Source: Paragordius varius (Eukaryota > Animalia > Nematomorpha). Taken from it: 64,000 nucleotides of DNA. Each line of letters begins with the position of its first letter. The first letter of the stretch is position 1. Location: positions 806,001 to 870,000 of the forward strand of contig OZ176052.1 of the NCBI GenBank assembly GCA_964247055.1, in the 5' to 3' direction. A model generated the notes under the pieces. That model worked only from the letters and a program-made list of their open reading frames with translations. It ran no database searches and had not been told where the DNA came from. The position numbers and the translations under genes are program-made. Shown here piece by piece: positions 13,393 to 28,300 of the stretch.

Positions 13393-16300
13393 CTAAAAAA
13401 ATTGTTCGGGTTCTTCTGGAGCGTCGAGATCCCTGTAAGTAACAATTTCTCGTTGAGATCCAAAACCCCTGCAATACAAAATGAACAAAAAATTGTATAA
13501 AATTATTTAGCAAAACAAATGTTAATATAATAATTTAAAGTTTTTTGAAATACAGTATGAGTAAGTATATATTGCTAGAAAGTTATTTATTATTGCCAAA
13601 TAGCATATGCAGAGATTATTATTGGCTAATAATAGAAAATGAAAAAAATGATTATAAGCCTTTAATACTGCCCTTTGTTTTATATCCTATTTGGCAATAA
13701 TTAATAACTCTCTAGCAATGTACTTACTCATACAGTAAATATTAGAATATGGTTGTAAAATTATTAGGTTAGAAACAAAGGTGACCTGTTAATATGGTAG
13801 ATGTGAAAGTTAATTACGCTTATAAAATTCAACAGAAAAAATGGAAATTATAAAGAAAAACATATAAACAACCATTTTATTACAACTAATTGCTTGCATT
13901 GTATATAGGGAAGAGTGATGTAAATAGGTAATAACGTTTCACAATAACAATAATTTAGGTTATATCGAGAGAAAATAGTTTTTTTCTTTATGAATAAATT
14001 GTTAGTCTGCACGTTTGTTTTGTCTTTATTCTTTTAATTTGCACTGTAAAAAGCCTACTCCATACTTTAATAACAAGGCTAAAATTGACCGCAAAAAAAT
14101 GTCTATTACACACAAAATTATAAAAAATTTTGATATTGTTTAGGCTGAAGTGTGATTGTATTATATAATTCAGCTAAAATTATATGAATTTATTGTGAAT
14201 TTTCGATTACCGTAAATAAATAAAATATAAATACGTAAATTCACAATAAATTCTTATAATTTTAGCTGAATTATAATTGCAATATAGTAATATAAAAAAA
14301 TTTATTTTTTTGAAAAAAACGAAAATTGAATGTTAAAATACTTTCGTTTCATGTACATATTTCGTTCATAACCAGAGTGCCCAAAGCCTCTAACACCAGC
14401 TCCTGAACCATAAACAGGTGGGGTGTGATACATATCAGCTGAGCCTTTGCCTACTCCACCCATATCTATTTAATAAACGCACAAAATCAATAATAATTTC
14501 CGAAATTAGTGAGTAATATTTCTCACAAAGTATAAAAATGGATAGATACAATAAGTTTATGTATGATTTTATCTAAATGATTGTATAAACCAATATTTCC
14601 TCACCTATTTAATAATAAATTACATAAAAAGCATAACAAATATCAAGGAAACAAAAAGACGAGTTTCCAATGATCGAAAATCCAAAAATTTATATGACCA
14701 AAGTAAAAATTTTTCACTCAAAATTTAAACTATTGAAAAATAAATTACAAATTCTTAGAGTAAACTTTAATCATAATTTGAATCCAAAAAAGTTTAGAAA
14801 GGAAATTTCAATAAAAAATACCCCCGGCAGAATAAGGGCCAGACCCATAGTAAGGTGGTGGGGGATGATGTGGGCCCGAAACCGCCCCATTTGCAAAAAC
14901 AGCTGTTCTCGCACCGCCTTTTCCCTGAGCGCCAGATGTTACAGCTGATGGAGCGTTTGGCCCACCAGTAACAGCTGATGGTAAAACAGCTGGAGTCGCG
15001 CCACCCGAAGATGGCACATTTCCATCCTGAACATGTGGTCTCCGCGGATCCAACAAGTAATTGTTGAAATAATCTACCTGTATTTCGTGAAATAAAAAAT
15101 TGGATTAAATTTATATAAATATAATTTTATAGGCCAAATTTGTACAGAAACAATATTAATTACATTTATAAAATTAATAGTTAGCTTTATATATGCATAT
15201 TTTATATAAACTTCAAATATAGGAGTAAAAATCAACATAAATGGCTTCGCGGGCGCATTTCAAATATTCATGGGCATTTATAAATATTTTATTCTATGGC
15301 AAACATAAGACTGTAATATGCAAACACAATGAAACAATTTTATCTAGAATTTTTGAAAATTTGCTTAAGAAATGTCAATTAAAGATTATGTGAGCATATT
15401 TTTGTAAATTATCGCGTGCCGTGTGTTTGACACCCTTGCTTAGAATTATAAATAAAAATATATGGCTAGTTTTATCTATAATAAGTCTTGCCAAATAGAG
15501 CAACATTATTGACTTATAGCAAGAATACTTTTTTTACTAAAGACCAAGTTAAAGCCAATATAATATTGCTCGTTATTGTAAATTTTGCCCAGCAATATTT
15601 AATAAAAAGATAGGTTTTACGTATACTAGTGTTATCAAAAATGAAATATTATTCATAGAGTAAATAATATATGCACTTTTTACATGCAAAAATAAACGTC
15701 ATATGGGTAAAATAAATGCAAGTATACGCCATATTAGTTGATTTACATATACATATATATATTTAAATAAAAATTAGGCAATACATAATGTGTGTGTATG
15801 AAAAAAATAAAACAAAAGTCAAAAGTATGATAAACAACTTCAATTATTTATTTTTTGGAATAAAAAAAAAAGCTAAAAAGAAGTTTATTGAAAAATAAAC
15901 CTGCATCAAATATCATCCAATCTTAAGTGGTATTTGAGCTTATGGTTCAAATTAGATTTCAGTTATACAAAATTCTCATCAGAAATTGAATCAAGATATA
16001 AATTAAATAACTTTTATTTTACAAAATATGCCAAATAAGTTCTGAATATTAAAAATTTAAATGTATTTATTTCCTTTGGAGGTACAAATATAATAAACTG
16101 ATTAGCACATTTTACTGAAGTTATTGTTAAATGCCGTTTAAATCAATTTTTTCATGAACTATATAAAAAATTTTGTTTTCACTATAATTACAATCCAAAT
16201 ATAAAAACTAACTAAGAATTTAAAAACCTCCTTAGATTTATTAAATTTAATTATAATTTGATTGATGCTCTTAATGTTTTAAAAAACTATTAATGGACAA

Positions 16301-19300
16301 ATGATTTTTTGCCAGAAATTATAAAAATAAGGTAAGTTCACCAAAAAAACGATAGAATAATTTTTACATTGTTCAATAACTAATACAGTTAAACATTTTA
16401 AAGCAAAACTCAAAAAGAAAATTAAAGAATGCAGAGGGAAAACAATCCTACATATTCTTTCTTTCAGTATACAGTATGAGTAAGTACAAATTGCTAAAAA
16501 GTTATTAATTATTGCCAAATAGGATTTATATACAACAAAGGGGAGTATTATTGGCTCATAGTTATTTTTTCAATTTTTACTATTATTATTAGAATAATTC
16601 TCTTTGCTGCATATGCTATTTGTCAATAATTAATAATTTTCAAGCAAAATATCCTTCTCATTTAGTATAAATTCAATTTTACTTAACAAAAAAGGTCACT
16701 TGTAATAGTCAAAAATTTATTCTTTGAATAAATTTAATTATTGCTGAATTACTATTCCAATATTAATTTTCCTTAGAGAATAATAAATTTATACTCTGCA
16801 TCCAAATTTTTCAAATGAAAAAAACTAACTAACCTCAACTTTAACATTTTCCAATTTTTCAGCATGCTTGTTAATAATGTGTTTGCGAACAAAATCGGGC
16901 CCCTTAAACTTTTTACCACTCAAGGGGCATAACCATTTATCCTTGGATAGTTCTTGTATGTTATCCTTAATAAATTTTTCAACTTCAGTATCATAGTCTC
17001 TGAGACCTAAGACGCGTGCATCCTCCAACGTGATTTGTGCATTATGAAGTGAAATGAAATTGGCTATTTTCTTTTCAAAACTTTTCATCCAATCATAAAC
17101 TGTAAGATAATATGTTAATGAAATAAATAACCAGTTGCAAAGTTATCATACCATTTGGACTTAAAGTTAGTCCTAGAACATTTTAAGTTTGTCCTTAAAC
17201 CTTTCAAGTTGTTCCTTGAATTTTTTAAGAATGTCCGTAAACACTTAAAATTGGTCTTTAAACATTTCAAGTTGGTCCTTGAATTTTTAAATATTTTTAT
17301 AGATATTTTATCGATTTATAGCCCATAATTTTTATTTGCCACATATTATTACTTCTTTTGGTTATCATGTTTTTATTTCTATGCAACATGAACCTATTTA
17401 TTGTAAAAATCTATCTAATAGACACATTCAAAACAACCATCATTCATTAAATACTTTTCATAAAAATATATATTAATTATTAATGTGTAGTATATAAGGA
17501 TTTCTTAATTCTGACAATGCAATGTATATATCCACACCTCTTTTGACAATATATCACAAACATAATGATTCCCCCTTTTGAAGAATGCCATTCTCTATCG
17601 GGTAACTATTAATAATGTGATATCAGAAAGTTTGTTCTGTGGAACTATACAATGAAAACAAAAACTCATAATAAAATTATTAATAAGATTTAAAAGGTTA
17701 TGGTGTCAAAGTCAATTTCTCAAAAACCAAATTAATGTACGATAATCCCACCGCTAAATACCCATGCAGCGTATGTAGAAAAGAAGTTAAATCAAATTCT
17801 GTACGCTGCAATTCTTGTCTTCTATGGGTACACAAAAAATGTAGTAGCCTTAAATCTATAAATGATTACGATAAACACTATAAATGCTGGACATGTTTAA
17901 ATTATAATATTAGTTTAACAACCAACCCGATTCCCAACCCTTTCAATATGGAAACAGTTAGCAGTTTTTGCTACTTAGGCGATATGATATCAGCCGGTGG
18001 AGGAATAGAACATGCAATTAAGCATCGCATATCACAAATGTGGAAAAAATACCATTCGTTAAAATCAATAATAAATACGTCAAACTACAAACTAAATGTG
18101 CCATTTACACTACAGCCATCCGTCCCGTTCTCACATATGCATCCGAATCCTGGCCGATGTCAAAAACAAATGAATCCAAACTCATAAACGCTGAATCCAA
18201 ATTATTGAAAACAATATTATTTGCACACAATCCCTCTAACAATTATACCGAATCCATAAACCCGTACCATATACTCAATCTCAACCCCGTCAACAACGTC
18301 ATCCGAAATCTCCGGTTACAATGGGTTGGCTGGGCATGTTGAGAGACGGCAAGATACTCACATTCTTAAAACTATGAAAAATTACTCGGTTGAACTACCA
18401 GCGAAATCCGGTCGACCCCATACCACATGGCTCAACACAATAACTAAAGACCTCGAATCGCTCAATTTAAATCTAGAATTAGCCAAATCAAGAAAAGAGT
18501 GGAAAAAACGGGTGTACCGTCATTTAATGGCGAATCCCCATACAAATGAATGATGATGATGAATGATGAAGATTATAAACAAAAAGAATACGCCAATTAG
18601 TTTAACAAAAAATAGTGTTTGTTCTTCGATAAATCAGGTGTTTTAATGACCAAACCTCAGACAAAACTAAAAATCCAAGCTAGAGCGTGATAGTAAAATT
18701 GCCACAGCGCGTTAAAGAAAAAATGTTACTTACTCTATGATAGGAGGCCCTAAGATGTGCTGGTGGAATATTGATTTGTAAAATCCGTAATATAATGAAA
18801 ATCGAAAATAAAATAGAAAATTAATTATAAACAAAAATTATAAACGATGTGTGAAACCCTTTCACCGTCAATAGTAATCGCAGACTAGTTTCGTGCTTGT
18901 TAGCACTAATCAGTAAGACACAACTATTTGACTTGACTTGGGGTTTTCACACAATCCGTCATTTACCATTAAAATAATGTATACGCCCACACATATAAAG
19001 TCTGAAAGAAATGTTAATACAAATATATTTTTGCAATTTCTTTGTTTTTTCATAGAATCTATGTGTACACTTTCACATTAATATAATTGTCATCAACTAA
19101 TATTGCCTCAAGTATTCATATAAAACTACATTTTCACCTTATAGCTTTAAGTTAACCTCTATAAAGTATGCATTCTTTAAAAATGAATCATTATGTATGT
19201 GACATGTTATGAAAGGAGGTGTGGATATACATAACACTGTCAGAAGAATTAATTTTAAATTCTTAAAGAAAAATCTTATAAATACAGCGACCGGAAATCC

Positions 19301-22300
19301 TATACACTTTTATTAATATAAGTGTGATTGATATTGTTGCATAATATCCAATAAATATATATTTTATAAAAAAATTAATTAATAAATGAATGATGCTTGT
19401 TTTGAAAGTGTCTAAAATTAGATAAATTTTTACAATAAATAGGTTCATGGTTTATAAGAATAAAATACAGATAATTAAAAAATAGCAATATGTGGCAAAT
19501 AAAAATTATTGGCTAAAAAAAGACCAACTTGAAATGTTCAAGGACCAACTTTAGGTGTTCAAAGACCAACTTAAAATGTTCAAGGATTAACTTAAAGTGT
19601 TCAAAGACCAACTTGAAATGTTTAAGGACACTCTTAAAGTGCAAATGGTGAGTTTCATACTTTTTAGTTACAAAAATAATTATATATGTCGTTGTTTTAA
19701 AGGGATTCCTACTTTTCAATGTCAATATAAAGTGTTAAAAAATCTTCTAAATATAAAATTAAAATTTTTAAACCATGATCTTTTGAGTTATAATAAACAA
19801 AAATTACTTAATGTAATTCTCTGTATATATATATATATATATATAAAATTTTTAATACGGCTTTTTTATTTTAAGTTGTTTTAAAGAGCTTGCGTAAAAA
19901 ACAATAATATATTATCAATTTTAAGACAACAAATTTTTTATGGTTACTTAATTTTTACATATATATGGTTAGAAGCTAACCTTTAATATAAACTTTATAA
20001 ATTAAATTCATAATGCAAAAATTATTATACAAATTAACTTCAAAGACTAAATAACTTATTTTAAAACTAAAAGGGGTTCTATTTAATTTACCCTTAAACA
20101 TTTCAAATTCACTTCTTGAAAACAAATTTTCTATTTTTAAATAATGGAACTTTGTTTAAATTTCACATAATATGAGTGAGACAAAAAATGATAAACTATG
20201 CGATAAAGATATGTTTTAATATTAATAATGAGTTAAAATAGCTCAAAAACATTTCATTTTAGGGTAAATTTGAAATGTTCAGGGTAAATTATTTAAAGTG
20301 TTTAGGGTAAATGGTATATATATTAAAATCGATAATTCCCATATTTTAGCCCCCTCTAAAAAAACAACAATTAAAACCAAAACTTTTGCAGTTAAAAAAA
20401 TGATTACTTTCTCGATTAAGGACTCTATTTTGAGTTATTATTAAAAATGTTCGGGGTAAAAAAATGTAAATGGTCTATATTAAGTTTGATAATTTCCATA
20501 TTCCCCCCCCTTCCCCTAAAAAACCAAAATTTTTAGTTAAAAAAATTGTTACTTTCACGATTAAGGACTCTATTTTGGGTTATTATTTAAAGTGTTTAGG
20601 GTAAAAAAATGTAAATGGTATATATTTAAATCGAAAATTCCCATATTTTAGCCATCTAAAAACCAAAATTTTTGCAGTTAAAAAAAATGGTTACTTTCTC
20701 GATTAAGGACTCTATTTTGAGTTATTATTTAAAATGTTCAGGGTAAATTATTTAAAGTGTTTAGGGTAAATGGTATATATCAATGTCGAAATTTTCATAT
20801 CCCCCCTTTAAAAATTCGCAGTTAAAACCAAAATTTTTGCAGTTAAAAAATGGTTACTTTCTCGATTAAGGACTCTATTCGAAATGTATCCGGATAGATT
20901 TTTAGGGTAAATAGCATATATCAAAATCGAAATTTTCATATCCCCCCTTTAAAAACTTGCAGTTAAAAGCCAAAATTTTTGCAGTTAAAAAATTGGTTAC
21001 TTTCTCGATTAAGGACTCTATTTTGAGTTATTATTTAAAATGTTCAAGGTTTATTTAAAATGTATCGAGATAGATTTAAAATGTTCAGGGTAAAAATATG
21101 TAAATGGTATATATTAAAATTTATAATTTCCATATTTTAGCCTTCAAAAAAATTTTTTGCAGTTAAAATGGTTACTTTCTCGATTAAGGACTCTATTTTG
21201 AGTTAAAGCGCCTCGACAATGCATAATTCCACACTTGTTGGGCATATCATCTTCATTGGGATACTCACTAACGCTGTAATAATCCAGGGAATGGACTACA
21301 CGCAAATACAATATCAGCACATCTAAAACCTATTTAATTCAATTCAATGGAAATTAAAATTTCAACAAAATAAATGTTTTATTGATTTTTTAAACGAAAT
21401 TAACCCTTGAACAATTTACAATTCAAATTCACCCTTGAACAATTCTTAACCCTAAAAATTAGTTATGTATTTTCGGACGGCGAATATAACTCATCATTAA
21501 TATAAAATATATCTTTATGGGGCATAGTTTGTTTTGTTTTGGGCAATATATTATTTAGGTATTATTGGTTTGGCCCAATTATTGGGATTCCATGGATTAA
21601 TTTACCTGTAAATCAAGAATTTCCTTTGCAGGTGAGTCTATACTGGATCTGTCTATGTGTCCAAAATAATGAAGTCTATTTGTCCTGATAAAAGCTGTTA
21701 TTGGTTTTAGTTCATTTATGGTAGAATTTATCATCATATATTTTAGCATTTTATCTTCCGTTTTTTTTTCAATCTCGATTCTAATGTTTTTGTGATTGCC
21801 CATGTTTCGCAGGCGTAGGTAAGGGTAGGGCGGACACCCACTTTATACATTTTGATTTTATTTTTTACGGTTATGTCTTTATGTGTCAATACATATTCCA
21901 AAACAAAATTTTATTTTTTAAAAAACATATATAAATCTAGGTAATTTTTTATATTAAAAAAGAAAACACATAATTTATTTTAGGGTGAAGTTAAATGGTT
22001 TAAGGGTGAATTTGAATTGTGAATGATATATAGTATAAAATATAACTCCGAATGACAAAAATCTTCAAAAATTAAACAGACATATTTTTTTTTAAAAAAT
22101 GTTCGTTTTTCAAATTTTTTAAAAAAAATGTTTGTTTTTCAATTGAATAATATTGATTTCAATTGAATTATTAATAAATGCATTCATTTACTAATTAATA
22201 ATGTTAAAATCACAATTTTTACAGTAAAACACCAAAAAAAACGTACAAGATAAATTAAATATAAAATATTTTTTTAAGTTACACAAAATATGAGATAAAA

Positions 22301-25300
22301 ATTACTTTAATCAATTTTACATTTAATTGTAATATTTAGGTTATAGGGGAAATATGGTTTTTACATTAAAATATATTATAATTTTGAATATATATATTAT
22401 AATTTTGGATATATTCATGTGTTTATTATATAAATATAATATGAAACTCAAATAATAAAATGACTCTACCCAACAAATTCATTGCAAATCTAAAAAATAC
22501 AGTAAAAATTGAAATTAGACGGACAAAATATAATATAAAGACAATTATATTTTTCTAAAAGAAAACAATATTTTTTTAAACTCATTTTTTTAAAATTGTT
22601 GTGTATATTGGTGACACAATCAATTCTATACACATATAACAATTGTAAAATAACTTATATATGAGAAAAATTAAGGTTTGAAAAAGTATATGGTTGTCTT
22701 TTGAAACCAAAAATTTGTCTTTATATATTTACGTTTTATCCTTCCATAATATATAATTTCAATTTTTCCTGTAAATGAATATATATTCAAAAAACTTGAA
22801 ATCTTTTCAAAATAATTTGAAAAAGTATATGGTTGTCTTTTAAAAACCAAATATTTGTCTTTATATTTTTACATTTTGTCCATCCGTAATTTCAATTTTT
22901 ACTGTAAATGAATAAATAAAAAACTCAAAATAATTTTGTTTAAAAAAGTATATGGTTGTCTTTTAAAAACCAAATATTTGTCTTTAGATTTTTGCGTTTT
23001 GTCCATCCGTATAATTTCAATTTTTACTGTAAATGAATAAATTAAAAAAATTGGAATATCTTTTCAAAATAATTTGAAAAAATAAGGTTTAAAAAAGTAT
23101 GATTGTTGTCTTTAAAAACCAAATATTTGTCTTTATATCTTTACGTTTTGTCCATCCGTATAATTTCAATTTTTACTGTAAATGAATATATATATTTAAA
23201 AATTTTTTTTCAAAATAATTTGGAAATTAAGGTTTGAAAAAGTATGATTGTTGTCTTTTAAAAACCAAATATTTGCCGTTATATTTTTACGTTTTTTCCT
23301 TCCATAGTATATAATTCCAATTTTATATATATTTAAAACTTTTTTTTTCAAAATAATTTTATTTAAAAAAGTATGATTGTTGTCTTTTAAAAACCAAATA
23401 TTTGTCTTTATATTTTTACGTTTTGTCCTTCCATAGTATATAATTCCAATTTTATATATATTTAAAACTTTTTTTTTAAAATAATTTGAAAATTAAGGTT
23501 TTGAAAAAGTATATGATTATTGTATTTTATAAACCAAATATTTGTCTTTATATATTTTGTTCTCTTTTAAAAACCAAATATTTATCTTTATATATCTTTA
23601 CGTTTTGTCCATCCGTATAATTTCTATTTTATATATATTTAAAACTTTTTTTCAAAATAATTTGAAAAATTAAGGTTTCGAAAAAGTATATGATTATTGT
23701 ATTTTATAAACCAAATATTTGTCTTTATATATTTTGTTCTCTTTTAAAAACCAAATATTTATCTTTATATATTTACGTTTTGTCCTTCCATAGTATATAA
23801 TTTTAATTTTATAAATATTTAAAACTTTTTTTTTCTCAAAATAATTTGTCTTATATATTTATGTTTTGTTCTTCCATAGTATATAATTTCAATTTTTATT
23901 GTAAATGAATATATATATATATAAATATTAAAACTTTATTTCTCAAAATAATTTGTCTTTTTTACATTTTGTCCATCTATAGTATAATTAATTTTATATA
24001 TATTTAAAACTTTTTTTTCTCAAAATAAATTTATATCCATCTATAGTATAATTTCAATTTTTTCTGAAAAAAATATATATATATATATATTTAAAACTTT
24101 TTTTTTCTTAAAAATTTAAAACTTTTTTTTTCTCAAAATAATTTTATTAAATTTCAATTTTTTTTAAAAAAACCTTAGCTAAGGCGTCATCTTTATCGAT
24201 GGAAATAAGAGTTCCTAAAGTCCTAGGGTCAACATTGGATAAATTTCCATTAATAATGGTTTCGTCGTTATTTAATCTGTCGTACTTTTTACCTGTCGTC
24301 TCATCATTCACATTATCTGTAACTTTAATTTAAAGCAAAATATAAAAAATTGAATATAAATATATAAAGATTTGTATTCTGTGTTTTAAAATTGATTTAC
24401 TATAGATTTTTTGTGGTAAAATATATAGATATCTTAAATTTAAAAGTAAAAAATTGAAAAATATAATTAGATAGATATAGGTTAGTATTTTTTTGTGTTT
24501 TAAAATTGATTAGATTTTTTATTGTAAAATATTAACAATAAATATCTTAAATTTAAAATAAAAAATTGAAAAATATAATTAGATAGATATAGGTTAGTAT
24601 TTTTTGTGAAATTATTAACAATAGATTTTTGATTGTAAAATATATAGATACCTTAAATAAAAAGTGAAAAATTGAAAAATATAATGTATAAAGATATAGA
24701 ATCGTATTTTTTTGTGTTTTGAAATTATTAACAATAGTTTTTGTGTTAAATATATGAATATATATTATATAAAAAATGAAAAATATAATGTATAAAGATA
24801 TAAAATAAAGATTCGTATTTTTTTGTTATAAATTGATTAGATTTTTTATATATATAGATATCTTAAATTTAAAGTAAAAAATTGAAAAATATAATGTATA
24901 GATATGAATTCGTATTTTTTTGTGTTTTTAAATTATTAACAATAGATTTTTTGTGGTGTCTAAAATATATAAATATATATTAAATAAAAGTAAAAAATTG
25001 AAAAATATAATATATAGATATAGATTCGTATATTTTTGTGTTTTAAAATTATTAACAATACATTTTTTGTGGTATGTAAATATAAATATCTTAAATTTAA
25101 AAGTGAAAAATATAAATTATATATATAGATTCGTATTTTTGGGGTTTTAAAATTGATTTATGATAATAGATTTTTTGTTGTAAAATATATAAATATTTTA
25201 AATTTAAAGTAAAAAATTGAAAAATATAATGTATAAAAATATAGATTTGTATTTTTTTATGTTTTAAAAATTGAAAATAGATTTTTTGTGTTTTAAAATT

Positions 25301-28300
25301 ATTAACAATAAAATCTTAAATTTAAAAGTAAAAAATTGAAAAATATAATATATAGATATAAATTAGTATTTTTTGAGTTTAAAAAAAAATTGAAAATAGA
25401 TTTTTTGTGATTTAAAATTATTAACAATATATTTAAATTTAAAGTTAAAAATGAAAAATATAATGTATAAAGATTCGTATTTTTTTGTGTTTTAAAATTG
25501 ACTAGATTTTTTGTGGTAAAATATATAATTATCTTAAATTTAAAGTAAAAAATTAAAAAATATAATGTATAGATATAAAGATTCTTTTTGTGTTTTAAAA
25601 TTGATTAATGATAATAGATTTTTTGTGGTATGTAAAATATATAGATATATTAAATTTAAAGTCTGTAAAGTACTAAAATATTTTTTATTAATATGTTAAA
25701 ATTAACGAATTCTACTTTTTCATGTTAATTTTATGAAAAATAGGGTACGCTTTTAATTATATTTAAATTCGACTTGTTTTTTTTAAGTTAAAAGTTTTAT
25801 AATAATAAACATATCCATATTTACTTTTCAATATATCATAATAAAAATAAAAATAATCCAACATATAAAAATATAATTGGAAATTTACCAACTTTTTAAA
25901 CTACTATACCTGATATTATTTGAAATTACTATTAATAAAAAATCAAAGTAATAGTTAAAAATTAGTGAATTTTTTATTATCATAAAAAATGATTATATAT
26001 TGAAAAAACTAAAATTATACGGGGAAAACATAAAAATATAAAGACAAATATTTTTTTTCAAAAGACAAATATTTTAGGCAACCAAACTTTTTAAATCTTG
26101 ATTTTTTTCAATTTTCAATATGACAAAGTATGAAATAGAGATATAAATTACTAACACAATCATATCTATATTTTACAATTGTAACTAAATAGCTTATTTG
26201 AGATAAATTAAGGTTTTAAAATACTATGGTTGTCTTTTTAAGATAAAAATTTTTGTCTTTATATTTTCACGTTTTGTCCATAAATTTTTGGTTAATCCAA
26301 CTCGCTCTACTAAGATAACTACTAATATATTCCCAAATATATACCAATTTGCTAAATAAAAATGCATTATTACTAATAATAACATAGTAAGTTATAATAT
26401 ACCATTTACAGTTCAAATTCACCTAAAAAATTAATCATGTGTTTTCGAACTAATATAACTCATTCTTAATTTGAAATATATCTTTATGGCATATAGTTTA
26501 TTATTTTTGCAGTATTATATTAATTTAAAACAAAATTTATTTTTAGTTTTTAAATATACATATAAAAATATAGGTAATTTTTGATCTCCAAAAAAACATA
26601 TTTTTTATTTGAAGGTGAATTTGAACTGTTCGAAGGTGAATTTGAATTGTTCGAAGGTGAATTTGAATTGTTTTAAGGGTGAATTTAAATTGTAAATGGT
26701 AAATTTAAAATTTGCGCAAAAAAACTAAAAAAACTTTAAATCTATTAAGGATGAATTTGAACTGTTCGAAGGTGAATTTGAAATTATTTAAGGGTGAATT
26801 TGAATTGTTTAAGAATGAATTTGAACTGTTCGAAGGTGAATTTGAATTGTTCAAGGGTGAATTTGAATTGTTTAAGGGTAAATTTAAAATTTGCGCAAAA
26901 AACTAAAAAAACTTTAAATACTACTGACTTGTAGATAGATCTTTGTAGGTATGATTTTCCCCCAAACTGCTCCCAGGCTTATCACCAACCATTTCGCCTT
27001 CCTCAACATCGCTCGTTGGAGAAACTGCTCTAATTTCTAATGATTGCGATAAAAAAATTGTACAAAAAAATTTAAATTATTCTCAAAATATTTTTTTAAA
27101 GGTAAATTTTTAGTTTAGATAGAATAGAAAATACAGTAAGAGTAAGTATATATATTGCTAGAAAGTTATTAATTATTGCCATCAAATAGCATACAATGAG
27201 AATTATTGGTTTTCTAATATAGTAAATAAAAGTGAAAAAAATAACTATAAGCAAATAATACTGCCCCCTTTGTTGCTCTAATTTCTATTTACAGAAAAAA
27301 TTATAAAAAAAATTAAATTATTCTCAAAATACGTTTATTGTTGATGATAATTAGTATTGTAAAGGTAAAACCTAGGAATTTTAGATAGAAATTATAGGGT
27401 ATTAGAAGTAATATATATATATATATATATTGCTAGAAAGTTATTAATTATTGCCATCAAATAGCATACAAGGAGAATTATTATTGGTTTGCTAATATGG
27501 TAGTAAAAAGTGTTTAAATAAAAAATTATATAGTATAAATAACTATAGTTATTATATAATGTTAAAAAGTTATTAATTATTGCCAAATAGCATACAAGGA
27601 GAAATATTTATTACCTAATATGGTAGTAAAAAGTTAAATAAATAACTATAAACGAATAATACTGCCCTTTGTTGTATATGATTGCTATTTGGCAATTATT
27701 AATAACTTTATAGCAATGTATACTTACTAAAACTATATAATTTAAACGCCTTACCTTGATTTTATTATTTATTAAAGAGGAATGTAAAAGACAAAACGTA
27801 AAAACTCAAAAAATAAAAATTAGTTTTTTTTTCGTAAAGAAAACCAGATATATATATATATATATATTTATTTGAATATATATTTGAACCAATTGCCCTT
27901 TAAAAGATTTTAACCATCACTTATAAAAAGAGAGATTCAAATAATAAAGCATTTATTTTTAGAATTAATTTTTTTGGCCTTATTTGGTATATTAATGTAA
28001 AGCTATTTATTAATAAACCAAAAAAATGGTTAAAAAAATCACATTTTTACAAATGAAAAAAAAAAAAAACGCAATATAACTTCAGACATACTCAACCCGA
28101 CCTTTATAAAACATAAAAGATTCATATAATTTTTCTCATATATTTCAATTCTCTATCGTTATCGTTTTTAAAAATCATTATCAATTTTTTTCAAATTAAA
28201 TATTTCAATTCTCTATCGTTATTGAGAATACCTTTTCAATCAATTTTTTTCCAAATTAAATATTTCAATTCTCTAGAATACCTTTTCAATCAATTTTTTT

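Noticed and set aside
20400-21205. CRISPR-like look: a ~35-bp conserved repeat with ~110-140-bp gaps
   Set aside because: The gaps are similar to each other, the context is a eukaryotic intron, the repeat is a copy of an exon end and no cas genes are present.
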